64,000 nt of DNA from an uncultured Candidatus Saccharibacteria bacterium (GCA_964534305.1 CAZHPR010000002.1:27986-91985), one strand, 5' to 3'; counted from the first letter of the stretch, positions 1-10,101 are shown. Made by a program: numbers and translations. The notes: generated by a model not told the origin, from the letters alone.

Positions 1-536
1 GGAAAAGTAGCTTATGCAAAATTTTGAAGAAAGAGTCTAAGCTTTACGAACATATAAAATTAGACAATTACTTTAAATCCCCTAAAACATTTCCCAAAAA
101 ATTCGGATTTCCAAATTGGGAATTACCATCAAACTTAAAATTTGGCAGATTATTTGCTGATCTGAATAAACTTAAGGCTGGAAAAATTGTAAAGACGAAA
201 GATTTTCCAAAGAGAAAAGGAGAAAAACGAAAACCAATAACTCTGTATCCCAAAAAATACATTTTGGTAGAAGGATTCATGCTTTTTAAAGATAAGGAGG
301 TTCGGAACTTTCTTGATAAGAAAATTTATCTTGAACTGCCAAAAGAGAAAATAATTGAGAGAAGAAAGATCAGATTCGGGCAAGATCATTTGAATGATTA
401 TGATACCAAAGTAGCTATTCCTGAATTTTTGAAATACGGAGTTACTCAAAAGAAATTTGCAGATTACATTGTAGACGCAAACAGACTACAAGAAAAAGTT
501 ATAAAAGAAGTTCAAAATATTATAGAAACCAAATGA
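1..536 (+). CDS. Uridine kinase / nucleoside-kinase family P-loop protein (5' truncated by window edge)
   Basis: Frame is open from the window start and reads (G)KSSLCKIL (end of Walker A), then LDNYF, NWELP, ILVEGF, KIYL..RR and ADYIV, the uridine kinase-like motif order. Confidence 0.7.
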   Translation, partial: KSSLCKILKKESKLYEHIKLDNYFKSPKTFPKKFGFPNWELPSNLKFGRLFADLNKLKAGKIVKTKDFPKRKGEKRKPITLYPKKYILVEGFMLFKDKEVRNFLDKKIYLELPKEKIIERRKIRFGQDHLNDYDTKVAIPEFLKYGVTQKKFADYIVDANRLQEKVIKEVQNIIETK

Positions 537-767
537 GACCACGTGCTCAAGACCTGTCGTTTTTAATTCTGAAAAAATGTTAAAATAACCTTACCTTGTA
601 ATGAACCGCACGGTTCTAACACGAGACGGCCAGCCCGAAATTTTAATGACTGAAAGGAATATAAAATTTCAATGTCCTGGGCGGAGCGAAGGGTTGAGGG
701 AGAAATTCAAAATCCGGGAATATTGACAAAATATAATAAATTTTGTATTTTTTATTCGGAGGAAATT

Positions 768-1082
768 ATGGGAAAAGTTATTCCCTTCGGAAAACCAACA
801 AAACTACAACCTTGCGTTGAACTACAAAAAGCGATCACTGATTTGATTCCCGGCTTGGAGAAGGTAGGTATCGAGATTGATCCGGTACTAAAAATTCAAG
901 CATACCTTTCCACACTAAGGGGAGTCATTTCGAAAAGTGCTATTGCTACTGGTCGGCAAAACTTAAGGTTGATGAGTACTGAAGACCTGAAAGCAATTGC
1001 ACGAAACAGCAACGAACGCCAATGGAAAACTCGACCAGGATATTTTCGAGCACTGGTCGATGAGATTCGATCGCGCTTATGA
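768..1082 (+). CDS. Hypothetical protein
   Basis: ATG at 768 has GGAGG SD (758-762) and TTGACA at 723; followed by a hairpin and T-run. No family recognised. Confidence 0.55.
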   Translation: MGKVIPFGKPTKLQPCVELQKAITDLIPGLEKVGIEIDPVLKIQAYLSTLRGVISKSAIATGRQNLRLMSTEDLKAIARNSNERQWKTRPGYFRALVDEIRSRL

Positions 1083-1179
1083 ACCCATCAAACAGAGGCC
1101 TGCTCTGCGTTGGTGGGTTTTCTGTTATAGTTCAGTCAGTTCTGTTCTAATATCTTCCTAGGCGGCCAGCTGTTTTCTC

Positions 1180-1247
1180 TATTTGATTTCAATCTCGTGG
1201 AGGTATAGAGTTATGGTGTATTAGTATCTAGCCAAAATATATGGAAA
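1180..1247 (+). repeat. 68-bp direct repeat, copy 1 (promoter, 5'UTR and first codons)
   Basis: Matches 3022-3089 with a single mismatch. Confidence 0.95.
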
Positions 1248-1906
1248 AATTAGAAAAAACTTCAGAGGCCGATACTAATATAGGATATTGGGAAAAGGTT
1301 CTGGGTGATCCAACTCCCGCATATCAGGAATTATTTGATGCTGAAAAAGAATATTTGGTAAGCCACATTCCAAACGGTTCCAGAGTTTTAGATATCGGGT
1401 GTGGAGAGGGTAGAAATATGAAAAGTATTTTGGAAGCGACCCGCAACGTTTACGGGGTTGATATGGATACCAAAGCCGTAGAAGATGCTAAAAATAACTT
1501 TAAAGATGTAGAAGGTGTTCGGGTTGTCCAAGGAGAAGCAAAAGCCTTACCTTTTGAGGATAAATCATTTGATGTGGCTACTCTTTTGATGATTTTGCCC
1601 AATTTGGATAATGATAAAGAAGCCTCTTTCAAAGAAGCCGCTAGAGTTCTCAAAGATAATGGTTTTATAGTAGTTAGCACTTTTGCCGAAACCGCTTTTG
1701 ATGAAAGAATGAAGGTATACAAGCAAGTTAATGTACCCATTGAAAAAATTGACGGAACAAAATTTATATTTAAAAATGGAGTAATTTCTGAACAATTTTC
1801 ATTGGAAGAAATTGAAAATTTGGCAAAATCAGCAGGACTTATAATTTCTGAACATCAGAAAGTTGGGACTATAGCTTATATTTGTAAGTTGGTAAAAAAT
1901 CATTAG
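1241..1906 (+). CDS. Class I SAM-dependent methyltransferase
   Basis: VLDIGCGEG motif I, GVD motif II, LPFEDKSFD, RVLKDNG. Confidence 0.9.
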   Translation: MEKLEKTSEADTNIGYWEKVLGDPTPAYQELFDAEKEYLVSHIPNGSRVLDIGCGEGRNMKSILEATRNVYGVDMDTKAVEDAKNNFKDVEGVRVVQGEAKALPFEDKSFDVATLLMILPNLDNDKEASFKEAARVLKDNGFIVVSTFAETAFDERMKVYKQVNVPIEKIDGTKFIFKNGVISEQFSLEEIENLAKSAGLIISEHQKVGTIAYICKLVKNH

Positions 1907-1929
1907 CCACTACCTATTTTTGATAAAGA

Positions 1930-2559
1930 ATGAAAGAATTTGATGCAAAAACATATAAAGATGGAAAAGGAGATTTTAATAACGAGGATGAAAACTTATT
2001 AATCTCCCTTCTTAAAACAGACCAAAATCCAAAAAGGATGCTTGATATTGGATGCGGCGATGGAAAATTGACGAAGCGAATAAAAAATCAATTTCCCAAC
2101 ATTGAGATAGTCGCTATAGATAACTCTTCCGACCAAATTGAGATGGCTACCTCTGAACCAAGCGAAATCAGTTTTCAGTTAGTAGACATAGTGGATTATT
2201 CTCCCGAATTAAAATTTGATTGTACATATTCTTTTTATGTTTTTCCTCATATACCAAAAAGTGAGTTGCTACTGGCGCTCAAATCTGTAAAAGAATTGCT
2301 TGAAAAAGAAGGGGTATTTTATCTCTTCACTAATATATGTCTTTTTGATACTTCCAAAGCTACTCTGGAAGATCAGGAAGCTTGTGATATTGTATTTCTA
2401 AACAACTGGCCATCTCAAATAAATCTGGTAGATATGGACGAAATGAAGAAGATGATTACTGGCGCTGGATTTGAAATTATTCAGGATAAAAGATTAGAAA
2501 CTGGAGCCAAGGTTAAGGATTACGGAGATATGATTTCTTGGATGTTTGTTTTAAGATAA
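1930..2559 (+). CDS. Class I SAM-dependent methyltransferase
   Basis: MLDIGCGDG, AID, FD, LEKEG motifs. Confidence 0.85.
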   Translation: MKEFDAKTYKDGKGDFNNEDENLLISLLKTDQNPKRMLDIGCGDGKLTKRIKNQFPNIEIVAIDNSSDQIEMATSEPSEISFQLVDIVDYSPELKFDCTYSFYVFPHIPKSELLLALKSVKELLEKEGVFYLFTNICLFDTSKATLEDQEACDIVFLNNWPSQINLVDMDEMKKMITGAGFEIIQDKRLETGAKVKDYGDMISWMFVLR

Positions 2560-2563
2560 ATAT

Positions 2564-3010
2564 ATGGAAAATTCAGAAGAAAAGATTTGTTTTTATGAAA
2601 GAGAGTTTTACCCGCTTTCTAACTTCTCCTCATTTGCTTTGGAGTGGAAAGGGGTGCTCTATATGACTTCCGAACATGCCTACCACAGCGAGAAATTTAC
2701 TGATCCGGATATAATAGAAAAGATAAAAAACGCGAGATCGGCTCATGATGCTTTTAAGCTCTCAAGAGAATACGAAGATAAAGTGAGGCCGGATTGGCTG
2801 GATGTGCGAGTAGTCGTCATGGAAGAAATAATCAGAGCAAAGGTTGATCAGCATCCATATGTAAAAAAGAAGTTGCTTGAAACTGGAGACAAAGAAATTG
2901 TGGAGGATTCTTGGAGAGATGATTTTTGGGGTTGGGGTCCAAATAAAGATGGACAAAACCAGCTAGGAAAGATTTGGATGAAGGTGAGGGAAGATATAAA
3001 ATCAAAGTAA
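2564..3010 (+). CDS. NADAR / YbiA family protein
   Basis: LSNF, TSEHAY..KF, LLETG, IVEDS..D.FWG.G..G.N.LGK..M.VR signature. Confidence 0.9.
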   Translation: MENSEEKICFYEREFYPLSNFSSFALEWKGVLYMTSEHAYHSEKFTDPDIIEKIKNARSAHDAFKLSREYEDKVRPDWLDVRVVVMEEIIRAKVDQHPYVKKKLLETGDKEIVEDSWRDDFWGWGPNKDGQNQLGKIWMKVREDIKSK

Positions 3011-3021
3011 ATTTATATTTG

Positions 3022-3089
3022 TATTTGATTTCAATCTCGTGGAGGTATAGAGTTATGGGGTATTAGTATCTAGCCAAAATATATGGAAA
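3022..3089 (+). repeat. 68-bp direct repeat, copy 2
   Basis: Matches 1180-1247 at an offset of 1842 bp. Confidence 0.95.
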
Positions 3090-3829
3090 TAACAATTGGG
3101 ATTATAATCCTTATGATTGTGCTTGTAAGCATCAAGCAGGTCAATCAATATGAGAGGGGGGTTCGCTTTACTCTAGGCAAATTTACAAATATTATGGAGC
3201 CAGGATGGAGACTGGTACTTCCAATATTTCAGTCTTATCAGAAGGTTGATATGCGTGTAAAGGCAGTAGATGTGCCAGACCAAAATGCAATCACCAGAGA
3301 CAATGTCTCTGTTGCGGTCAATGCCGTTATTTATTACAAAGTATCTTCGGCAGAGAAAGCGATTATCGAAGTAGAAGACTTTTATTATGCGGTGTCTCAG
3401 TATGCTCAGACAACAATGAGAAATATTGTTGGAGAAGTTACGCTAGACGAGCTTCTTGCTGGCAGGGAAAAGATTGCAGACAGGATAAGGGAAATCGTAG
3501 ACAAGGAGACGGACGCTTGGGGTCTCAAGGTCAACAATGTTGAACTCAAAGATATAAAGCTTCCAGAGACAATGGAGCGTACAATAGCAAAGCAGGCTGA
3601 AGCAGAGAGGGAGAAGAGAGCGGTCATCATAACTTCAGAAGGAGAGCTCGCCGCAGCGCAAAACATGGCCGGGGCGGCAAAGATACTCGCAGCTTCCGAT
3701 GGAGCTTTGCACCTAAGGACACTTCAGGCTATAAATGATATCTCTTCTGATCAGTCAAATACGGTAGTCTTTACTCTCCCTCTTGAGATAGTGAAGGCAT
3801 TTACAGGTTATAAAAAGGAAGAAAAATAA
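3083..3829 (+). CDS. SPFH/band-7 (slipin/stomatin-like) protein
   Basis: N-terminal TM, QYERGV.F.LG, ITRDNVSV.V.AVIYY, AQTTMR..G, QAEAERE.RA. Confidence 0.92.
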   Translation: MEITIGIIILMIVLVSIKQVNQYERGVRFTLGKFTNIMEPGWRLVLPIFQSYQKVDMRVKAVDVPDQNAITRDNVSVAVNAVIYYKVSSAEKAIIEVEDFYYAVSQYAQTTMRNIVGEVTLDELLAGREKIADRIREIVDKETDAWGLKVNNVELKDIKLPETMERTIAKQAEAEREKRAVIITSEGELAAAQNMAGAAKILAASDGALHLRTLQAINDISSDQSNTVVFTLPLEIVKAFTGYKKEEK

Positions 3830-3836
3830 TTAAACA

Positions 3837-4733
3837 ATGAGAAAGTCTCTCTTTTTAATCTTTGTTTTGTTGGTGTTTGGAGCTTTCGCTATTTACTCTT
3901 ATGGTGATGGAGAGGCGAGGGTGTTTTTTGTGGGGGATATTTCTCTCGATAGACATATAAGGGTGGTGGCAGAGAAAAGAGGAGGAGACTTCTTGTTTTC
4001 TTGCATCGGAGACTTTTTGAAAGAAGCTGATGTGGTTGTTGGCAATCTCGAGGGGCCCATTACAGAAAAAGAATCTATAAGCAAAGGTTCTGCTATCGGT
4101 AGTCCCCAAAACTTTATTTTTACATTTCCGACGACGACAGCGAAGCTTTTGCATAAATACAATATAAGGTTGGTAAATCTTGGTAATAATCACTCTGACG
4201 ATTTTGGTAAAGAAGGTCTTCTTTCTACCCAAAAATATTTAGATGATGCTGGTATAAAATACTTTGGTGGTGTATTCGGATTAGAGCCGATCGTTTACAA
4301 AAATATTGGCGGTATTGATTTTGTATTCATTTCTTACAACCAGTTTGGCGGTTTATCCAGAGAGGAAGTGGCAAAAATTATCAAAAAAGAAAAAACAGAT
4401 GAGAACAAGATTGTTGTTTATACTCACTGGGGTGAAGAATATGTCCCGCCAAGTCAGTCAATAAAGGATACGGCAAGATTGTTTGCAGAGAGCGGCGCGG
4501 ATTTTGTAATAGGCTCTCATCCGCACGTGGTGCTAGAGAGAGAATCTATCAATCTTAGTAAGGACAAAAAAACATTTGTTTATTATTCTCTTGGCAACTT
4601 CTTATTTGACCAATACTGGAACAGCGATGTCTCTACCGGTCTTGTCTTGGAGCTTAATATAAAAAATAAAAAAATTGCTATTGCTGAACACAAAGTCTCT
4701 CTTGGTCGCGACGGCCGCACCTGCCTCAAATAA
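3837..4733 (+). CDS. CapA family (PGA_cap) metallophosphoesterase
   Basis: FVGD, GNLE, LGNNHSDDFG, HWG.EY, G.HPHV, YSLGNF.FDQ. Confidence 0.9.
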   Translation: MRKSLFLIFVLLVFGAFAIYSYGDGEARVFFVGDISLDRHIRVVAEKRGGDFLFSCIGDFLKEADVVVGNLEGPITEKESISKGSAIGSPQNFIFTFPTTTAKLLHKYNIRLVNLGNNHSDDFGKEGLLSTQKYLDDAGIKYFGGVFGLEPIVYKNIGGIDFVFISYNQFGGLSREEVAKIIKKEKTDENKIVVYTHWGEEYVPPSQSIKDTARLFAESGADFVIGSHPHVVLERESINLSKDKKTFVYYSLGNFLFDQYWNSDVSTGLVLELNIKNKKIAIAEHKVSLGRDGRTCLK

Positions 4734-4763
4734 TTCCAAGGACCGTCCTTGGAAAAAATGAGG
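4734..4763 (+). repeat. REP-like hairpin repeat TTCCAAGG-N5-CCTTGGAA plus tail, copy 1
   Basis: 30-bp unit identical to 5055-5084 except the central 5 nt. Confidence 0.85.
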
Positions 4764-4786
4764 TCTTTAAAAATTAAAATTTATAT

Positions 4787-5041
4787 ATGCAAAAGATGTG
4801 GTTTAAAACAAAAAATTATGGGTGGGGTTGGGTACCAATATCTTGGGAGGGATGGGTTGCAACTACTTTTTATGTTCTGGGTATCGTTTATATTTTGTTG
4901 GAGAGAGACAGGGATGCATTGTTAGGTAATAATAGTTGGCTAAATCTTGCAATTAAATTTGTTTTAATAACCGTTATATTTTCAATTATTGCTTATAAGA
5001 AGGGGGGTAAACCAAAGTGGCAATGGGGAGAAGATAAATAA
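4787..5041 (+). CDS. Small two-TM membrane protein
   Basis: WFK.K.YGWGW.P.SWEGW N-terminus and P.W.WG C-terminus; two hydrophobic helices. Confidence 0.7.
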   Translation: MQKMWFKTKNYGWGWVPISWEGWVATTFYVLGIVYILLERDRDALLGNNSWLNLAIKFVLITVIFSIIAYKKGGKPKWQWGEDK

Positions 5042-5054
5042 CCCACCCTTACCT

Positions 5055-5084
5055 TTCCAAGGGTAGCCCTTGGAAAAAATGAGG
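5055..5084 (+). repeat. REP-like hairpin repeat, copy 2
   Basis: TTCCAAGGGTAGCCCTTGGAAAAAATGAGG. Confidence 0.85.
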
Positions 5085-5197
5085 GCTTTAGATAAGGGTT
5101 TTTGGAAGGTTGGAGTGATATCCACCTTTTTGTTTTTTGGCTGGCCTTTGGCGGTGGTATATTACAGAGTGTAAATTATAAATTGATAAATAGAGAT

Positions 5198-6847
5198 ATG
5201 GCAGTAAAAAAGAAGCACAAGTATATATTTGTAATCGGTGGAGTGATGTCCGGAGTCGGTAAAGGTATAACCACAGCATCTATCGGTACGGTTTTGGAGT
5301 CCAAAGGTTATAAAGTTTCTTTGATAAAAGCAGATCCATATCTCAACGTAGACGCAGGAACAATGAACCCCACTGAACACGGTGAGGTTTTTGTTATGGA
5401 CTCTGGACTAGAGACTGATCAGGATATGGGAAATTATGAAAGATTTCTCGGGCTCTCACTGCCGCCGGAGAATTATATGACAAACGGGATGGTATTTAAG
5501 TATGTTATAGACAAGGAACGAGCTCTCGGATACAAGGGCAAGTGTGTTGAGCCGGTCTACCATATCACAGAAGAGATTTTGAGGAGAATAAAGAAATCTG
5601 TAGACAAGACTGGAGCGGAAATCACTGTTTTTGAAATAGGTGGCACTGTCGGTGAATATCAAAATGCAATATTTATTGAAGCGGCAAGAATGCTCAAACT
5701 ACAAAACCCAAAAGATGTGCTCTTTGTATTGGTGAGCTATTTCCCAATACCTTCCAAGATTGGTGAGATGAAGACCAAGCCTACCCAAAATGCTGTTCGC
5801 CAACTCTCATCTTATGGTGTTAATGCGGACATTATCGTTGCAAGGAGCGAAGAGCCTTTAGACAACAAGAGAAAAGAAAAAGTTTCTCTTTCTTGTGGTA
5901 TACCAGTAGAAAACGTTATTTCTGCACCTGATATAGATTCTATATACGAGGTACCTATAAATTTTGATGAAGGGAGAATATCGGAGATAATCCTAAAATC
6001 ATTTAATCTCAAACCTAGAAAAAAAGATTTGGTAGAATGGCGATCTTTTGTAAATAAATTTAAGAATAGCAAGAAAGAAGTTAGGATCGGTATTGTCGGC
6101 AAATATTTTGATACTGGCAGTTTTGTACTTTCAGATGCTTACATTTCTGTGATTGAAGCGATAAAGATATCGGCTGCAAACCTCGGACTCAAGGCCAAAA
6201 TAGATTGGCTAAATGCAAAGGATTATGAAAAGGATAGTAAGTTGCTCGATAATCTCTCGCATTATCATGGGATACTTGTACCAGGTGGTTTTGGAGAAGC
6301 GGGGATTGAAGGGAAGATAAGAGCTATAAAGTTTTGTAGAGAAAACAAGATCCCTTTTTTTGGTCTCTGTTATGGTATGCAGCTTGCGGTTGTGGAGTTT
6401 GCACGATCTGTCTTGGGGCTTAAGGATGCAAACACAACTGAGATAAATCCAAAAACAAAAAATCCCATAATAGACATTTTGCCAGAACAGAAGAAGCTCT
6501 TAGAGCAGAGCAGAATGGGAGGCACCATGAGGCTTGGGTCTTATCCGTGTCTTTTGAAGAAAGGGACTATTGCCAGAAATGCTTACAATAGTGAGGTGGT
6601 AAGAGAGAGACACAGACACCGCTACGAGGTCAACCCTGAATTTATAGAAAAAATAGAAAAGGCAGGCATGGTCTTTTCTGGGATTTCTCCGGATGGTAGG
6701 CTTATGGAAATCGCAGAATTGCCCAAAGATGTGCATCCATTTTTCCTTGGTACTCAATTCCACCCAGAATTCCTCGCTCGCCCTCTCTCTCCGCACCCTC
6801 TCTTTACTCAATTTATAAAATCAGCAAATACAAGAAAAATTAAATAA
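5198..6847 (+). CDS. pyrG: CTP synthase
   Basis: KYIFV.GGV.SG.GKG, DPYLNVDAGTMNP.EHGEVFV, GLCYGMQ, ERHRHRYE, QFHPE; start placed at MAVKK. Confidence 0.98.
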   Translation: MAVKKKHKYIFVIGGVMSGVGKGITTASIGTVLESKGYKVSLIKADPYLNVDAGTMNPTEHGEVFVMDSGLETDQDMGNYERFLGLSLPPENYMTNGMVFKYVIDKERALGYKGKCVEPVYHITEEILRRIKKSVDKTGAEITVFEIGGTVGEYQNAIFIEAARMLKLQNPKDVLFVLVSYFPIPSKIGEMKTKPTQNAVRQLSSYGVNADIIVARSEEPLDNKRKEKVSLSCGIPVENVISAPDIDSIYEVPINFDEGRISEIILKSFNLKPRKKDLVEWRSFVNKFKNSKKEVRIGIVGKYFDTGSFVLSDAYISVIEAIKISAANLGLKAKIDWLNAKDYEKDSKLLDNLSHYHGILVPGGFGEAGIEGKIRAIKFCRENKIPFFGLCYGMQLAVVEFARSVLGLKDANTTEINPKTKNPIIDILPEQKKLLEQSRMGGTMRLGSYPCLLKKGTIARNAYNSEVVRERHRHRYEVNPEFIEKIEKAGMVFSGISPDGRLMEIAELPKDVHPFFLGTQFHPEFLARPLSPHPLFTQFIKSANTRKIK

Positions 6848-6873
6848 TTTTTCTGCTATAATCTGCTCTATCT

Positions 6874-8520
6874 ATGACCCAGAAGGAGGCTTTGGACATA
6901 CTCAAAAGTGGAGAAAATGTGTTTATTACCGGGGCGGCGGGAAGCGGTAAGACCTTTGTGTTGAATGAATATATAAAATATCTAAAGGAACACAATGTCG
7001 ATGTGGGTATCACAGCCTCCACAGGCATCGCAGCGACTCATATGGGCGGAGTTACCATCCACTCTTGGGCTGGTATGGGAATAAAAAACAAACTTACAAA
7101 TTCAGATATAGATGAGATAGTAGAAAAACAGTACTTAAAAAATAAATTAAAAAATGTGAGCGTCCTTGTGATAGATGAGATATCTATGCTGCATCACTTT
7201 CGACTTGATATGGTAGACAGGATACTAAGAAGAGCCAAAAACAAAGAAAGAGAACCATTTGGAGGTATCCAAGTTGTACTTTCTGGAGATTTTTTTCAGC
7301 TACCACCAGTGTCTAGGGCAGAAGAAGGTAAATCTTTTTTTGCCTATCATTCGGACGCTTGGAAGGAAGCCGGTTTTAAAATTTCTTATTTGCACGAGCA
7401 GTATAGACAAGAATCTTCTGATTATCTAAGAGTGCTCAATTCTATAAGAGATAACAATATTGATTCTTATGTTGTAAAGATGCTTGAGTCAAGGTTTAAC
7501 AAAGAGATAAAACATGATAGCTACACCAGGTTGTATTCTCATAACTCGAGTGTCGATACCGAAAACCACAAAGAATTGGAGAGGATATCTGGCAGATTTG
7601 TGGAGTATCAAATGAGAAGTCGGGGAAACAGAAACCTAGTCGAGCTCCTAAAGAAGAGCTGCCTGGCGCCAGAGAGACTTGTTTTGAAGGAGGGGGCAAG
7701 GGTGATGTTTGTAAAAAATAATTTTGAACTAGGCTTTGTGAACGGTACTTTGGGTGTGGTCGCAAAGTGTTCTGAGGATAGTATAAAAATTAGAACCCTA
7801 GAAGGTAAGTTTATAGATGTAGAAGAGGATTCTTGGACAATAGAAGAAGAGGGCAAGATAAAAGCAGAGATAGTACAATATCCGCTCCGGCTTGCCTGGG
7901 CTATCACAGTGCACAAGAGTCAGGGAATGTCTCTTGATGCCGCTGAGATTGATCTATCAAGTTCGTTTGAAAGTGGTATGGGCTACGTAGCTCTCTCTAG
8001 GGTCAGATCACTCGATGGTCTTTATCTAAAAGGTATAAACGATATAGCACTAAAGGTAAATGAGGAGGTGCTTGAATTTGATAGGAGTTTTAGAGAAGCC
8101 TCTGACTCTGCATCAAGCGAGCTAAGGAAAAACAAAAGAGCGCATATAGAAAGTAAACATAATGATTTTATAAAAAAAGTTGGAAATAAAAATAAAGGTA
8201 AAAAAGAGAAGATAGACACGGTTAGTATGACAAAGAATATGCTTTTAGAAGAGCTGTCCATAAAGGAGATCGCCGCACTCAGGAATCTAAAGGAAGAAAC
8301 AATAATCTCTCATATAGAAGAGATACTAGAGAAAGAACCAAATTTTAATATAAAGTTTTTGCAAAAAAGCATCTCTCATTCTCGGCTAGAAAAAATAATC
8401 TCTGCGTTCAGGAAAGTTGGAGTCCAGGAGGGTGGTAAAAGACCGCTCTCACCGGTCAAAAATATCCTAGGCCCCAGCTACTCTTTTAGTGAGATAAGGC
8501 TCGCAAGACTTTTTCTTTAA
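6874..8520 (+). CDS. PIF1/RecD-like SF1B DNA helicase with C-terminal helix-turn-helix domain
   Basis: TGAAGSGKT, ASTGIAA, IDEISM, GDFFQLPPV, A.AITVHKSQG, YVALSR. Confidence 0.9.
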   Translation: MTQKEALDILKSGENVFITGAAGSGKTFVLNEYIKYLKEHNVDVGITASTGIAATHMGGVTIHSWAGMGIKNKLTNSDIDEIVEKQYLKNKLKNVSVLVIDEISMLHHFRLDMVDRILRRAKNKEREPFGGIQVVLSGDFFQLPPVSRAEEGKSFFAYHSDAWKEAGFKISYLHEQYRQESSDYLRVLNSIRDNNIDSYVVKMLESRFNKEIKHDSYTRLYSHNSSVDTENHKELERISGRFVEYQMRSRGNRNLVELLKKSCLAPERLVLKEGARVMFVKNNFELGFVNGTLGVVAKCSEDSIKIRTLEGKFIDVEEDSWTIEEEGKIKAEIVQYPLRLAWAITVHKSQGMSLDAAEIDLSSSFESGMGYVALSRVRSLDGLYLKGINDIALKVNEEVLEFDRSFREASDSASSELRKNKRAHIESKHNDFIKKVGNKNKGKKEKIDTVSMTKNMLLEELSIKEIAALRNLKEETIISHIEEILEKEPNFNIKFLQKSISHSRLEKIISAFRKVGVQEGGKRPLSPVKNILGPSYSFSEIRLARLFL

Positions 8521-8584
8521 AAACCCTCTTTTATTATTTTTTGTCAATACTTTGTTTTTGTAGCATAAATGATAAAATATCGTA

Positions 8585-9223
8585 ATGAAAAAAATACTTT
8601 GGATAGTGATAACTTTATTAGTTTTGGTCGGTCTTTATTTCCTTTTTTCTAGTGGGGCTCCGAAGATAGAGCCGAAGTTGGAAGCTGGTATTTTGCATCC
8701 ATTGGACAACGTAAAGGGTAATAGAGAGGCTAAGGTTGTGCTTATGGAGTACAGCGACTTCGAATGTCCTGCTTGTCGGAGCTATTATCTAGTAGTTAGA
8801 CAAATTATGGAGGAATATGGTGATAGAGTAGCCTTTGTCTATAGACATTTTCCACTTACGGGGATACACGCAAATGCTGAATTTGCGGCAAGAGCGGCTG
8901 AAGCTGCGGGTAAGCAGGGTAAGTTTTGGGAGATGCACGATCTGCTTTTTGAGAAGCAGTCTGAGTGGTCAAAATCTGCAAAAGCTCCGGAGATGTTTGA
9001 ATCCTATGCCAAGCTCCTTGATCTAAATGTAGAACAGTTCGTTATTGATTGGAAAAGCAAGGAGGTAAAAAACTTTGTTTCTGCCCAAAGAGTTCATTCT
9101 CTAAAGTCTGGTCTTCAAGGTACTCCAACATTCTTTATAAATGGAAAACAAATACAAAACCCAGATTCTGTTGAGCAGTTTAGAAAAATTATTTCTGAGG
9201 CAATTTCCAACACCTCAAATTAG
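8585..9223 (+). CDS. DsbA-family thioredoxin-fold protein
   Basis: N-terminal TM, EYSDFECPAC, RHFPL, GTPTFFING. Confidence 0.92.
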   Translation: MKKILWIVITLLVLVGLYFLFSSGAPKIEPKLEAGILHPLDNVKGNREAKVVLMEYSDFECPACRSYYLVVRQIMEEYGDRVAFVYRHFPLTGIHANAEFAARAAEAAGKQGKFWEMHDLLFEKQSEWSKSAKAPEMFESYAKLLDLNVEQFVIDWKSKEVKNFVSAQRVHSLKSGLQGTPTFFINGKQIQNPDSVEQFRKIISEAISNTSN

Positions 9224-9280
9224 CTATAAATAATCAACAACTATATCTTTTATTGTTTCTTTTGGTGATATAATTGTTGC

Positions 9281-9577
9281 ATGGAAGAGATCTCTTATAT
9301 CGATACTTATTTTGCAGTAGCTTCTATTGCAACTATTGCTGTGGCTGGACTTCTTGTGATGATACTCTTTTATATCATCGCCGTTTTACGAGACATAAAA
9401 AAGCTTTCTGGTCTTGCAAGAAAAGAGGCAGAAATGATTGCGAGAAGTGTTCAAAAAGGAGCAGAAATATTCGGTAGTGAACTATCAAATGAGGCAGCAG
9501 GCTTTTTAAGGGCAGTATTTGCTCTGTTTATATCCAAAGTTTCGGCTCCTGCTAAGAGGCCTAGAAGAAAAATCTAA
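9281..9577 (+). CDS. Hypothetical single-TM protein
   Basis: TM followed by an amphipathic helix; extended -10 element 6 nt before the ATG. Confidence 0.65.
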   Translation: MEEISYIDTYFAVASIATIAVAGLLVMILFYIIAVLRDIKKLSGLARKEAEMIARSVQKGAEIFGSELSNEAAGFLRAVFALFISKVSAPAKRPRRKI

Positions 9578-9578
9578 C

Positions 9579-10091
9579 ATGAACAATAGTGTAAAATATT
9601 TTATATATATTGCCGGCTCGGTACTAGTTTTCTTGTTTATTATAAAGAGTATGTATGGTCCTAGCTCTGTAAGTACAAATCAGGCTGTCGCCTTTGAGTG
9701 GGAGAAAGAAACCCAAGTCTATTTTTTGGATAGCAAAAAGATAAATGATAGCAATGATTGTTCTGAAGTTACTCCTGTTTATCGCAAGGTTTTGAATGCA
9801 GAGACTTTGGGGCCAGGTACTCTCGAGGCTTTGCTCCAAGGACCAACTGAAGAAGAACGGGTTTCTGGATTAATCACTTCTATAAACAAAGGAGTCCTTA
9901 TACAAAAGTTTGAAATAAAAAACGGAGTCGCTTATGTAGACTTTGATACTACCTTCAATAGTGGGGTAGCGGGTTCTTGTACTGTCTTGGCTATCCGTTC
10001 TCAAATAGAGAGCACTCTTAATGCTTTGCCAGATATTGATTCTGTAATAATCTCCGTAAATGGACAGTCTGAAGGTATCCTCGAGCCGTAA
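9579..10091 (+). CDS. GerMN domain protein
   Basis: LL.GPT.EE...G....I, AYVDF, GSC....IR.QI..TL, V.ISVNG. Confidence 0.85.
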   Translation: MNNSVKYFIYIAGSVLVFLFIIKSMYGPSSVSTNQAVAFEWEKETQVYFLDSKKINDSNDCSEVTPVYRKVLNAETLGPGTLEALLQGPTEEERVSGLITSINKGVLIQKFEIKNGVAYVDFDTTFNSGVAGSCTVLAIRSQIESTLNALPDIDSVIISVNGQSEGILEP

Positions 10092-10101
10092 ATAAAATAT
10101 T

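Noticed and set aside
600-720. Riboswitch or ncRNA upstream of the gene at 768
   Set aside because: Only a GCCC-GAAATTTTA/TAAAATTTC-GGGC stem is visible, it lies upstream of the apparent promoter, and I recognise no aptamer consensus; it may be a decayed repeat.
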